Source: an uncultured Gemmatimonadota bacterium
GTDB taxonomy: Bacteria; SM23-81; DAOVCL01
Direction of reading: 5' to 3'
Length of the DNA: 64,000 nt
Assembly: GCA_964626665.1 (NCBI GenBank)
Contig: CAZVGK010000003.1
Coordinates: 64,001 to 128,000, forward strand
Made by a program: the position numbers and the translations under genes. Shown in pieces: positions 40,041 to 50,800 of the stretch. The notes beneath the pieces were generated by a model. The model had not been told where the DNA came from. It saw only the letters and a program-made list of their open reading frames with translations, and ran no database searches. Position 1 is the stretch's first letter. Each line of letters opens with the position of its first letter.

Positions 40041-40048
40041 ATGAGATC

Positions 40049-41398
40049 TCAACCTCCCCCTGCTATCTCCTTCAAACCATCGATGAGGAGATCTATCTCC
40101 TCCTTGCTCCTCTTCTCCGTTGTGGCTAACAAAAATCCCTTCCCCATCCCAAACCTGCCTAAATCTGGCCCGACAAAGATCCCCTTCTGGGCCAGGGAGG
40201 TGATTACCTTCCCTGCAGAAAGGGCTGAAATGACCGTAAACTCCTTAAAGAATGGAGCTGTGTAACCGGGTTGAAAACCATCTATCTCCGCTATCCGCTT
40301 CTGTGTGTAGTGGCTCTTTCGTAGACAGAGCAAGGCTAAATCCCTCATCCCCTCTCTCCCCAAGAGGGTGAGATAGACAGCGGCGGCCAGGGCATTTAGG
40401 GCTTCGCTGGTGCATATATTGGAGGTGGCCCTTTCCCTCCTTATATGTTGTTCCCTGGTTTGCAGGGCAAGGACAAATCCCCTTCTTCCCTGGCTATCTG
40501 TGGTTGCCCCCACCAATCTTCCCGGCATTTGGCGAAGGAACTCCCTCTGACAGGCAAAGAATCCTAAATACGGGCCGCCAAAAGAGGTGGGATTCCCCAA
40601 GGGCTGCCCCTCTCCCACGGCGATATCTGCCTCATATTTCCCTGGGGGTTTAAGGATGCCCAAGGAGATGGGATCTACCACCATTATCAGCAGAGCTCCT
40701 ACCTTGTGGACCAACCCGGCGGTCTGGCTCAGGTCCTCCACAGCTCCCCAGAAATTGGGATTCTGGATGACAACTGAGGCCACATTCTCGTCGAGCATCC
40801 CCTCCAACCTGCCCCAGTCCGTCCTTCCAGTGCTAAGGGGTATCCTCTGAATTTTTAATCCCAAACCCCTGGTATAGGTCTTCAGAACCTGATGATAAGC
40901 GGGATTAAGCCCCTCCGAGGCCAGGATGGTATCCCTTCCGGTAATGGAATGGGCCATAAGCGCTGCCTCTGCCGTTGCTGAGGCCCCGTCATACATTGAG
41001 GCATTAGCCACATCCATCCCGGTAAGCTCACAAATCAAGCTCTGGTACTCATAGATCGCCTGTAGGGTCCCTTGACTCACTTCAGCCTGATAGGGTGTAT
41101 AAGAGGTGTAATATTCGCTCCGTTCGATGATAGAGGAGACAGCCGCCGGAACCCAGTGGTCATAGGCACCTCCCCCCAAGAATGATAGGTTGTGGTCGAG
41201 ATCGTCGTTCTCCTCTGAAATGTCCCGCATAAGCGTGGAGACCTCTATCTCGGAGAGGGGAGGTGGCAGATCAAGAGGTCTCTTTATCCTGATCTGCGGA
41301 GGAATAGAGGAGATAAGCTCGGCGAAGCTCTCCACCCCGATGGTGGAAAGCATATCTTCCTTCTCCTTAGCCGATATTGGTATCCAGCACATTCTCAA
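40049..41398 (-). CDS. gcvPA: Glycine dehydrogenase (decarboxylating) subunit 1
   Basis: YTPYQAEVSQGTLQ, ANASMYDGA, LQTREQHIRRERATSNICT. Confidence 0.96.
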   Translation of the reverse strand: MRMCWIPISAKEKEDMLSTIGVESFAELISSIPPQIRIKRPLDLPPPLSEIEVSTLMRDISEENDDLDHNLSFLGGGAYDHWVPAAVSSIIERSEYYTSYTPYQAEVSQGTLQAIYEYQSLICELTGMDVANASMYDGASATAEAALMAHSITGRDTILASEGLNPAYHQVLKTYTRGLGLKIQRIPLSTGRTDWGRLEGMLDENVASVVIQNPNFWGAVEDLSQTAGLVHKVGALLIMVVDPISLGILKPPGKYEADIAVGEGQPLGNPTSFGGPYLGFFACQREFLRQMPGRLVGATTDSQGRRGFVLALQTREQHIRRERATSNICTSEALNALAAAVYLTLLGREGMRDLALLCLRKSHYTQKRIAEIDGFQPGYTAPFFKEFTVISALSAGKVITSLAQKGIFVGPDLGRFGMGKGFLLATTEKRSKEEIDLLIDGLKEIAGGG

Positions 41399-41781
41399 TG
41401 CTCCTCTTCCTCCAAAAGCTTCTCATAATCCGCAGGGGAAAGGAGGTTCTCCAACTCACTGGGGTTTTCTATCTGCAGCTTTATTATCCAACCCTCCCCG
41501 TAAGGGTCCGAGTTTATAAGCTCAGGCTTGTTCTTTAGTGCAGGATTTGACTCCAACACTTCACCTGATACCGGGGCATAAATGTCGGTGACCGCTTTCA
41601 CCGCCTCAATCGTGCCAAATGACTCCATCTGCTCCACCTTTGCCCTTACCTCCGGAAGCTCCACAAAGACAATATCGCCCAGTTCCCCCTGGGCATAGTC
41701 AGTTATCCCCACCGTGCCTTCATCTCCATCTATCCTTACCCACTCGTGCTCCTTGGTATAATTCAGGTCATCCGGGACCAT
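41395..41781 (-). CDS. gcvH: Glycine cleavage system H protein
   Basis: YTKEHEW, GITDYAQGELGDIVFV, EAVKAV (lipoyl Lys), NSDPYGEGW. Confidence 0.96.
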   Translation of the reverse strand: MVPDDLNYTKEHEWVRIDGDEGTVGITDYAQGELGDIVFVELPEVRAKVEQMESFGTIEAVKAVTDIYAPVSGEVLESNPALKNKPELINSDPYGEGWIIKLQIENPSELENLLSPADYEKLLEEEEH

Positions 41782-41894
41782 ACCTCCTCCTTGGTTTATG
41801 AATCTAAAGTTTACAGTTCACCGGGACCAACAGCCAGATATTTCAGCGAAGCTTCAAATGTAAAATGAAGAATTAAGAATGGAAGTGATTATTG

Positions 41895-42035
41895 ACACGG
41901 GCGACGGAGTCTGAGCTTCAACTCCATTGCTCTTCCCTTTCTTCCCTCCCTACAGAAACAGACTATTAGCCATTCGCCCCACTTCCGCGGGCTTATCGGA
42001 GCCGCTCTGTTCTCCTGATCCCCGGGAACTGTTAC
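41895..42035 (-). ncRNA. Candidate structured leader or ncRNA upstream of gcvH (family not recognised)
   Basis: Minus-strand TTGAAT-16-TATATT promoter; stems CAGGAGAACAGA/TCTGTTTCTG, GCCCGC-GGAA-GTGGGGC and GCAATGGAGT/ACTCCGTCGC. Confidence 0.3.
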
Positions 42036-42157
42036 TTACCCCTAATATAAAAGGATTAACGGCCAATTCAAGTCTTTTTACCCAAAATTGCCGATAAAAT
42101 TGCCTGGGCCCTGGCAGGGAGCTTAACCCTGAACCCAGAGTAAACCTGGTCAAGAAG

Positions 42158-42853
42158 CTATATCCCACGCACCTCCACCTTTTTTACCCACAATCTCATA
42201 ATCTCGGCAAATGATTGCAGCCTCTTCACCGGGTAGGGTTTTAGCTGTGAGTAGGAGGGATCTAAGGTGGTGCCAGGCCTAAATTGTTGCAGGGCATAGA
42301 GTCGGCTTCCCTCAATCAACTTTCCTATCTCCTCCAAATCCTCCTCCCCGACAAAACCAGGGACATAGGTGGTGCGAAACTCATACTCTATCCTAGAGTC
42401 CATCAGGATCTCAATGCTTCTCTCTAACCTCTTCAGGTCGATCTGGATGCCCGAGGCAAGGGAATAGCGTTTCGGAGAGGATTTTATGTCTATGGCAATA
42501 TAATTCACCGCCTTAGTTAGTTCCGTAACTACCTGAGGGAGGTAGCCATTTGTATCCACCTTCACCAATAACCCCAAATCCTTTAGCCTCTGGCAAAAGG
42601 GGACAAGGCCCTTCTCTATGGTTGGTTCCCCTCCGGTGATACAGACGCCATCGATGAACCCTTTCCTCTGCTCCAATTTCTCCATAACTTCGTTAGTTGG
42701 GATAGTCAGTATCCCCTCATAATTGAGGACGAGGTCCCTGTTCTGACAGAAGGGGCAACGGAAGTTGCAGCCCCCAGTGAATAAGGTGGTAACTATCTTT
42801 CCGGGATAGTCAACTGTGGAGATACCCTGTATGCCTTTGATCTGCAACTGCAC
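42158..42853 (-). CDS. nrdG: Radical SAM anaerobic ribonucleoside-triphosphate reductase activating protein-like
   Basis: STVDYPG, GCNFRCPFCQN, ITGGEPT, KVDTNG, YEFRTT, LQQF. Start inferred. Confidence 0.8.
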   Translation of the reverse strand: MQLQIKGIQGISTVDYPGKIVTTLFTGGCNFRCPFCQNRDLVLNYEGILTIPTNEVMEKLEQRKGFIDGVCITGGEPTIEKGLVPFCQRLKDLGLLVKVDTNGYLPQVVTELTKAVNYIAIDIKSSPKRYSLASGIQIDLKRLERSIEILMDSRIEYEFRTTYVPGFVGEEDLEEIGKLIEGSRLYALQQFRPGTTLDPSYSQLKPYPVKRLQSFAEIMRLWVKKVEVRGI

Positions 42854-42998
42854 AAATCCTTGGTTAATGATTAGGGGGAAGGCCCAATTACTTCTTTGAA
42901 ATTTACGAATTAGAACACTCAACTGGACATCTAAACAATAGACCTCACAGCTCAATATCAGGACAGATGTGAATTATTCGGGCAGACCCTCAATTTTT

Positions 42999-44240
42999 TT
43001 AAAGTCCCAATTTGTCCTCAACATCCTCTATGGAGGGTTCCACCAAAACCGCATCCCTTTCCAATTGGAAATCCACGGCCTTGATATCTTTTAATCCGCT
43101 TCCCGTGACGAGGATGACCACCCTTTCGTCGGGGTTAACCCATTTTTCGCCAATTGCCTCTATCAGGCCAGCCAAAGCGGTGGCGCCAGCCGGCTCAGCG
43201 AATATGCCTGTTGCTTTGGCCAAAAGCCCCATTGCCGCCCTGATCTGTTCGTCGGAAACGGATATAAACCTTCCTCCCGTATCCCTTACTGCCCTTAACG
43301 CTTTCACCTGATCCCGCGGATTTCCCACCGATATACTGTCCGCTATCGTATGGGGGATTAGGGGCTCCACCCGCTCCTTATTCCCCTGAAAGGCCCGCAC
43401 AAACGGCGCGCTCCCCTCTGCCTGCACCCCTATAAGGGAGGGTAGTTTGGCGATAAAGCCCAACCTATGCAGATCTGAAAAACCTTTCCATACCCCACTA
43501 ATGATACATCCATCTCCCACAGGGACAAAGACCTTGTCTGGTGGTTTCCAATTTAACTGCTCCGCTATCTCCAGGGCAACCGTTTTCTTCCCCTCAACTA
43601 AGTAGGGATTGTAGGCTGTATTCCGGCTATACCATCCCCATCTCTCGGATGCCCTTAAACAAAGCTCAAATGCCTGATCATAGGTCCCCTTAACCAAGAT
43701 AACATTTGCCCCAAAAACAACAAGTTGAACAAGCTTTGCCTGGGGCACCTTGGCTGGAACAAATATGTATGACCTAATGCCGGCACAGGCGGCAAATGCC
43801 GCCATAGAAGAGCCGGCATTGCCACTGGAGGCAGCAGTTACAACCTGAGCACCATTTTCCAATGCCTTCACTATTGCGATTGAAGATGCCCTGTCCTTCA
43901 GCGAACCGGTGGGATTTCTGGTATCGTTCTTTATCCACAATTGCCTGAGCCCCAGCCTGGCCTCTAATTGGGGGAATTTGGTGAGAGGTGTCCAACCACT
44001 ATGCAGGGGCTGGATATAGTCCCCTCCCTCCACAGGCAATAGGGGAAGGTAACGCCAGAGGGAAAAGTCCCTATTCACAGCTAAATTTTCCTTGGTGAGC
44101 TTCTCCCTGATCACCTCATAATCATAGACAACATCCAGGGTTCCCAAGAGGTCCCCACATTGGGGGCAGGTGTATTGAACCTCCCCCGGCAGATACTCCC
44201 GGCCACAGCTAACACATCTTAGTAGCTTAATCTCTCCCAT
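42999..44240 (-). CDS. Threonine synthase-like PLP-dependent enzyme (fold type II)
   Basis: N-terminal CxxC...CxxC, NPTGSLKDR, ASSGN, EGKKT, PVGDG, VTGSGLKD. Overlaps ssnA. Confidence 0.85.
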   Translation of the reverse strand: MGEIKLLRCVSCGREYLPGEVQYTCPQCGDLLGTLDVVYDYEVIREKLTKENLAVNRDFSLWRYLPLLPVEGGDYIQPLHSGWTPLTKFPQLEARLGLRQLWIKNDTRNPTGSLKDRASSIAIVKALENGAQVVTAASSGNAGSSMAAFAACAGIRSYIFVPAKVPQAKLVQLVVFGANVILVKGTYDQAFELCLRASERWGWYSRNTAYNPYLVEGKKTVALEIAEQLNWKPPDKVFVPVGDGCIISGVWKGFSDLHRLGFIAKLPSLIGVQAEGSAPFVRAFQGNKERVEPLIPHTIADSISVGNPRDQVKALRAVRDTGGRFISVSDEQIRAAMGLLAKATGIFAEPAGATALAGLIEAIGEKWVNPDERVVILVTGSGLKDIKAVDFQLERDAVLVEPSIEDVEDKLGL

Positions 44241-45544
44241 AATTTGCTGCTCAGTTCCCTCGCTCTTTGAGTGATTTCCTCCTCATCTATCCCCACCAAC
44301 TTTTTATCCCTCATCAGAATTTTCCCGTTGGAGATCGTGGTATCGACCACGGAGTTGGCCAAACCAAAGACCAAATGACCGAGGAGATTTTGCTCCTTTA
44401 GCTGGGTAGGGGGAAGATAATCCACTAAAATTAAATCTGCTAAGTAACCCTTGGCGATCTTCCCCACTTTAAACCCAGTAACCTTTTCCGCTATTTTCGG
44501 GTTGTTTTCCAAAAGCATCTTTGCTGCCTCGGCAAATCCGACTCTGGGATCGCCAGCGGTGTGGCGATGAAGCAAGTAGGCAGCTCTCATCTGAGCCAGC
44601 ATATCCGAGGACATCCCATCTGTCCCCAACCCCACTGTAATTCCCTTTCCCATCATTCCCCGGACATCGGCACTACCCACGGCATTGTTCATATTCGATT
44701 CCGGATTATTTACCACATTTGTCCTGGTTTCCCTCAATATGTCCTGCTCTTTATCATCAATATTGACGCAATGGACGGCAATAGATTTTGGCCCCAAGGC
44801 CCCATGTTTTGCCAATCTCTCCCCCACCCTCACCCCATATTTTCTCTGGCTATCCTCCTCATCTATCCTATCCTCAGCTATATGAAGGTGGATCCCACAA
44901 TCATATTTTTGGGCGAGATCCACTGACCTGTCCAGGGTCTCATCCTCCACTGTAAAGGAGGCGTGCAACCCCACCATCCCGGTTACTAAACCTTCTTGAT
45001 CTCCCAATTTTTTGAGGAATCTCTCATTTTCCGCAACCCCTTCATCGCCTTTTCCATACCTATCTGAGGCTCCCAGGCAAAGGCAGGCCCTCACCCCAAT
45101 CTCCTCGACGGCCCTTTGAATCTCATCTAAGCTGCCGAGCTGATATGACTGGGATTCGTGGTGATCAAAGATGGTGGTTGTCCCCTTTTTGACCCCCTCA
45201 ATTAAAGGAATTAAAGAGCTGTAATAGATGTCCTCAGGGGTCAATGCCCTATCTAACTTCCACCAGATCTTCTCCAGTATCTCTCTGAAGTTCTTTGCTG
45301 GCTCCTTCGGCGGCTTCATCCCCCGCGCAAAGGTGGAATATAGATGGTGGTGAGCACAGATCAGGCCGGGCATAATAACCTTGCCGGAGGCATCGATCTC
45401 CTCTGCGTTGGTTGGTTTTCCAACCTTGTCAGTCGGGCCGAAGTCCTTAATCCTATTCCCCTCGATTAAGACCGCACCGTTCTCGATTACCCTGTTCTCT
45501 TTCCCTAAGGTTATGAGAATTCCATTTTTAATGAAGATTGCCAT
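44219..45544 (-). CDS. ssnA: SsnA-type amidohydrolase
   Basis: PGLICAHHHLYSTFARG, WWKLDRAL, GLHASFT, HIAED, NPESNMNNAVG, GLGTDG. Confidence 0.88.
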   Translation of the reverse strand: MAIFIKNGILITLGKENRVIENGAVLIEGNRIKDFGPTDKVGKPTNAEEIDASGKVIMPGLICAHHHLYSTFARGMKPPKEPAKNFREILEKIWWKLDRALTPEDIYYSSLIPLIEGVKKGTTTIFDHHESQSYQLGSLDEIQRAVEEIGVRACLCLGASDRYGKGDEGVAENERFLKKLGDQEGLVTGMVGLHASFTVEDETLDRSVDLAQKYDCGIHLHIAEDRIDEEDSQRKYGVRVGERLAKHGALGPKSIAVHCVNIDDKEQDILRETRTNVVNNPESNMNNAVGSADVRGMMGKGITVGLGTDGMSSDMLAQMRAAYLLHRHTAGDPRVGFAEAAKMLLENNPKIAEKVTGFKVGKIAKGYLADLILVDYLPPTQLKEQNLLGHLVFGLANSVVDTTISNGKILMRDKKLVGIDEEEITQRARELSSKLWERLSY

Positions 45545-45557
45545 TTTCAACCTTTTT

Positions 45558-45690
45558 TCGACAGGATAACAGGATTTATGGGATTAGATCAGGTGACAGT
45601 AGTCAGGGACAAGAGGTTTGAAACCGACCCCCGACCTCTGTAAACTGTCAGCCCTATTCACTTATCCCGTCAATCCTGTAAATCCCGTCT
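45558..45690. repeat. Inverted 9-mer repeat element overlapping the preA stop
   Basis: GACAGGATAACAGGATTTATGGGAT ... ATCCCGTCAATCCTGTAAATCCCGTC. Confidence 0.65.
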
Positions 45691-46899
45691 AAAATTGTTC
45701 TTTTCCTTTATCGTAACCGCATCCACCGGACAGACACTTGCACACAACCCACATCCCACGCATTTCTCCTCATCAACCTGAGGAAGCCTATCCTGTCCCT
45801 CCAACTTCATCGCCTGATGTCCCCCATCGCGGCAGGCAATATAGCAGACATCACACCTGACGCATAACTCTTCATCAATCTGAGAAACAACGGATTTTCT
45901 TTCCAGTTCCCCTTGAGTAACGATATGGGGGAGGCTTTTCCCGATAATTTCTCTGACCTCGTTGCATCCCCTATCTTCCAGATAAAAGGCTAAGCCATCG
46001 ATCAAATCCTCAATTATATCATAGCCATAGTGCATAACGGCAGTGGCAAACTGAATAGTCCTTGCTCCGACGAGGAGAAATTCAACTGCGTCCTTCCAGG
46101 TGGTGGGCCCTCCCGTTCCGGTGATGGGAATATCCACATTCTTGGCGATTTCGGCAATCGTCCTCAGGGTAATCGGTTTTATTGCTGGCCCACTCATTCC
46201 ACTATAAGAGGATTTCCCCCTTACATTTGGGTAGGGGGTGAATGAATGGAGATCAATTCCCATCAGTGAGGGGATTGTATTTGAAGCACAAATGGCATCC
46301 CCTCCCCCTCTCTTTACCGCCTTAGCCACATCGACAATGTTTGTGACCTGCGGGGTGATCTTGATGACCACAGGGACCCTCTCTGCTGCCTCCTTTACCC
46401 ATCCAGCGACCTTTTCGGTAGCTGGAATCGATTGGGCAAGCATAGCCCCGGGTTCCTCTCCCATACTCCCTTGTGGACAGGAAAACGAGCATTCTATCAG
46501 GTCAACCCCAGCACTTTCTAATCTCTTCACTAAACCCTGCCAATCCTCTTTCTCTGACCCCATAATCGATGCCCCCACAACCTTATGGGGGAATTCCCTT
46601 TTCAAAATTTCTACCCCTTTTTCTATCTCATCGATATGATGCTCGGAGATTAAGTCAATGTTTCCTAAGCCGACTACCCTCTTCCCCTCAAAGTTTAGGG
46701 ATGAGATCATTGGATAGACCAGATCAACTGATGTCCCCTCCACAGATGTGGTCTTTAGGATTGCCCCTGCCCAACCGGCCTCGAACCCCTGTCTAACCAT
46801 ATCCAGATCATCAGTGGGGGGAGCCGCAGCTAAGATGAAAGGGTTCTCGAATTTCACCCCACAGAAATCCACCCCCAGTTCAATACCGTGATACTTCAT
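45670..46899 (-). CDS. preA: NAD-dependent dihydropyrimidine dehydrogenase subunit PreA
   Basis: ENPFILAAAPPT, NIDLISE, SCPQG, KITPQ, SGPAIKPI; two C-terminal 4Fe-4S motifs. Confidence 0.9.
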   Translation of the reverse strand: MKYHGIELGVDFCGVKFENPFILAAAPPTDDLDMVRQGFEAGWAGAILKTTSVEGTSVDLVYPMISSLNFEGKRVVGLGNIDLISEHHIDEIEKGVEILKREFPHKVVGASIMGSEKEDWQGLVKRLESAGVDLIECSFSCPQGSMGEEPGAMLAQSIPATEKVAGWVKEAAERVPVVIKITPQVTNIVDVAKAVKRGGGDAICASNTIPSLMGIDLHSFTPYPNVRGKSSYSGMSGPAIKPITLRTIAEIAKNVDIPITGTGGPTTWKDAVEFLLVGARTIQFATAVMHYGYDIIEDLIDGLAFYLEDRGCNEVREIIGKSLPHIVTQGELERKSVVSQIDEELCVRCDVCYIACRDGGHQAMKLEGQDRLPQVDEEKCVGCGLCASVCPVDAVTIKEKNNFRRDLQD

Positions 46900-46920
46900 T
46901 TCCCCCCTTTTTCCCTAAAT

Positions 46921-47845
46921 AAACCACAGATTTCATGGAATCTCTGGAACACGAATGAGACGAATAAACGAATCTACACGAATAGATAGATTTACCACGG
47001 AAATTCACGGAATTACACGGGAAAAAGGCAATTAAAAATTGAGAATTAAGAATGAAATTTATGCTGGCTATCCCTGATCCCCGGAAACTGACTCTTGATC
47101 CCTGTTTTTCTGTGCATAGTCCGTGGTTATCCGTGGTGAAGTCCTTGTGCAGGGCTCCGCCCTGACAGGGAACCTTTTTCTCTGACAGGATGACAGGATA
47201 AAAAGCAGTTGTCAGTGATCAGGGCCAGGAACTGATCCCCGTCCGCTGAAACCAGTCTCCTCTCCCTTGACGGGGAAGGGCTAAGGAGAGGGTGAAATAG
47301 TTTTCCCCCCTCACCCTAACCCTCTCCCCCCAGAGGAGAGGGAACCGTAAAAGGCAGGAGTCAGTTGTCAGTAGTCAGTTATCGGGAACAACTCCCAAAC
47401 CCATGTGCTGTCAGGGCTCTGCCCTGACAGGGAGATCCCTTTGTGGATGATAACATCCACAAAGAGCGCTGGGATTCTGTCTAAGTCTTCTCTGACAGGA
47501 TAACAGGATAAACGGGATTAAGTGAACCTCCCTGCTCCAGGCTGGGCATCCCAAAACAGTCTCCTCCCCCTTTACGGGGGAGGACTAAGGAGAGGGTGTA
47601 AAAAGTAATCCGTTACCTCCCTCACCCTAATCTTCTCCGCTCAATTTCAGTAATATTTATCCAGTCAATCATGTAAATCCTGTCTAAATTCCTGTGCTGT
47701 CAGGGCTCTGCCCTGACAGGGGGAGTCCTTTTGTGGATGATAACATCCACAAAGAGCACTGGGTTCTTCGTAAAGAAAACCTTCTTTTCTTGGCTTCATA
47801 ACACAGATTTTGATAATCCGTGAAATCAGTGGAATCCGTGGCTCC
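46921..47845. repeat. Dense cluster of miniature repeats (7-mer/9-mer arrays, TGTCAGGGC hairpins, CCCTCACCCTAACCCTCTCCC elements)
   Basis: 46921-47140 is colinear with 60852-61074; double hairpins at 47409 and 47698; GGAGAGGGTG...CCCTCACCCT units at 47255 and 47557. Confidence 0.75.
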
Positions 47846-47848
47846 ATC

Positions 47849-50800
47849 CTATTTTATCACCACTAGCTTTTTGACGGCAGTGAAATTACCTGCCTCGAGT
47901 CGATATAGATAAACCCCGCTGGCCAATCCTCTGGCATCCCAACGGACTGACCTGTATCCGACCCCCTGATACTCATCTACCAATGTCGCCACCTTCTGCC
48001 CCAGCAGGTTGTAAATCTCCAGCCTAACCTGAGCATCCCTGGGCAGAGCATACTTGATCTCCGTAGTGGGATTGAAGGGGTTGGGGTAGTTTTGGGAAAG
48101 GGCAAAAGCTTGTGGAATACCAAATACTCCCCTCTCCCTTACCCCCTCTTTCCCTACCACAAACCACCAGGGGGAAACATCGCTGTTTGATCCCCAGGTA
48201 GTCAGGCTATCCGTGTCCATAGCTACCACCTTCCAATAGTATCTGGTGTTGTCATCTAAGGGAATGCCCGGTGGAATTGTAAAGTGAGTATCGGCAGGAG
48301 AAATAACCCTTACTCCCTGGGAGAAGGTGCTATCCGGGCTAAGGTAAATCGTATAGGTGACATAGTCCCATAGGTCATTATCCGTGGCCTTATGCCAGAG
48401 GAAGGTGGGAGTTGTGGAGACGGAATCTATGCCCAGTTCTGGCTCTATGAGGGAAAAGGGATTGGGAGGCTCCAAGGCTACATTGGTGAAGAATTTCCAG
48501 GTATCCGTAGATGTGGTTAAGCTCTCCTTATCTACGGCTACTACCTTCCAGAAGTATTGAGAGTTGTCGGATAACTCCTCTGTAGGGATATAGCAGTTGC
48601 TGTTCACAACCGTGGGGGTAGCCCCGCTGAAGTTGCTGTCCTGGCCAACCCAGAGGAGATAGTGAATAGAGTCGGCAATATCGTTGTCTGTGGCATTCTC
48701 CCAGTAGAAGATAGGGGTGAGGTCAACCTCCACGCTGTTCTGGGTAGGGGTGACCAGGTTGAAGCTGTTGGGGTCTTCGTTGGCCGTATTAGTGATAAAG
48801 GCCTGATAGCCCTCTTCATCCTCCACCGTAGCACCAGCTAAGTCCTGAGCCACTACCTTCCAGTAGTAGAGCTGATTGTCCTCCAAGGGGGTCTTGATCT
48901 GATAGACGCTCTCTCCTCCCACCTCAACTTGCACCTGAGAGGGGACGTCCTTTCCATAGAAGAGGGTATAGGTAACCACATCTCCAGGATCGGGGTCTAT
49001 GGAGGTCTCCCAATCCAGTATGGGCTTTAGGGTGGTCACCTCACCTCCATCGGCGGGGGTTAGAAGATGGAAGCTACCTGGCGGATTGTTTTCAGAGTTG
49101 ATAATAAAGGAGCTTGAGGCCATCCATTCCCCATTTTCAAAACCATCATAAGCACTTGCCCTCCACCAGTATTGGTGATTATCCTCCAAAGGGACATCAA
49201 TCAGCCAAATTGTGGAATCTATCCCCTCTTCTACTCCAGTGGCCGATGTGACCAGGTTGCTCAATAGGCTATCGCTGTAAACCTCAAAGCCATAGATAAG
49301 ACTATCGCCTTCGGCATCTGTGCAATTGGAAATGATCAAAGTCACTATGCTATCGCTGATTACCTCTCCTTCTTTAGGGCTTAAACCCAGGGGGATGGTG
49401 GGAAGACTATTCATCCTGAAGGAAAGGCTGGCCCAACTTGCCCATAAATCATCAGTATTCTTCACCCTGGCTCTCAAATAGTAGGTTTCCACATCAATCA
49501 AGGAATCCCCAGCATAGGTTACAAAGGTGTCCGCACTGCTCACCTCTCCGCTATCCCACATCTCGGCCACCGACCAGTCATCATCAGTTCCCACCTGAAC
49601 CTGAAAGCCATCTTGAGGCAAGCTTTGCAGATCAGAATATGACCAGGTGATAAGTGGCTGATGACTAACCAGATGCTCTATATCTTCCGATCCCCCAATA
49701 TCCAGATTGGAAATGAAGGGATGCGGATTTTCCCCTACGAGAACGGTAGTAAACTTGGTAGAATCCACATCGGAAGTAATGGTAATCGTCTCCCCAACCG
49801 TAGCCCCAATAGATACCCCTTCCACACTCACGGTATCTATCAAAGCAGTTCCTCTGAATATGCCAGAGACTGAATCAGTTTCCGTAAGAGCAACACTAAT
49901 ATATTGGGTAGTGAAGTTACTGGTTATAGCAACTGTAGTCTGATCGACGCAGATGGAATCGCTGTCTTGACCTTCAAGCTGGATATACATCGTCGCCCCA
50001 ATCCACAAATTGGTGGTTAAGTTGCTGGTATAGGTTTCATCCGACTTCAACACAACCGAATACACTGAGTCCGGCTCACCAAGAGCTGGAGAGGTAAGAA
50101 TGGGGCTATACAGGACTTTCCCCAAGGTTATGTCATCGTAATAATCCCAAATCCTGGCGTCGATCGAATCCGTATTAGTTGTCCCCCACCAATTGTTGCT
50201 GGCATCAATATCAGTATCTTGATCGTATCCAAGCTTTACCTCATATTTGCCATTAGTGATCAAATTGTTCTGGTTTATATGAGCGTCTGAATTTTGGTCA
50301 CAGTAAATTCCCCCCCACTCAGGAGAGGCAAAATTCCCAGCTATGAGGTTATTACTAAGGGTCAGAGAGCACCACTTACAAGAAATTGCAACCCCTAAGT
50401 TCGCAGTTATAGTATTGTTCGTAATAGACAAAGTTGAGTGGGAGCAACCGAGGGCAACCCCTGAATTTCCAGTTATGATATTCTCGAGAATAGCTAAAGG
50501 GGCATATGAACATTGAATGCCGCCACCACGATTTTTGCTTATAGTGTTGCCTGTAATAGGTGATGCTCCATGATAGTAATAGACACCACCACCAGAGTAA
50601 GCAGAGTTCCCGGTTATTATGTTGCCCGTGATAGACGGGGAGGAATACTCACAATACACGCCACCACCTTTACCATCACTTGAGGCAAAGTTTCCCGTTA
50701 TTGTATTGTCAACGATATTGGGGGACGATTCGAAATAGCAAGAGATGCCACCACCATTGCCATGATAGGAAGTTTCAGTTATCGTATTTCTATCTATGAT

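Noticed and set aside
41895-42035. Glycine riboswitch, SRP RNA, 6S RNA or tRNA-Sec
   Set aside because: Conserved motifs (CTCTCAGG; CAGG...AGCAG; TTCGA arm) not found; kept only as an unassigned candidate.
46921-47845. CRISPR array
   Set aside because: Repeats are heterogeneous, nested and irregularly spaced; no unique spacers of constant length and no cas genes.
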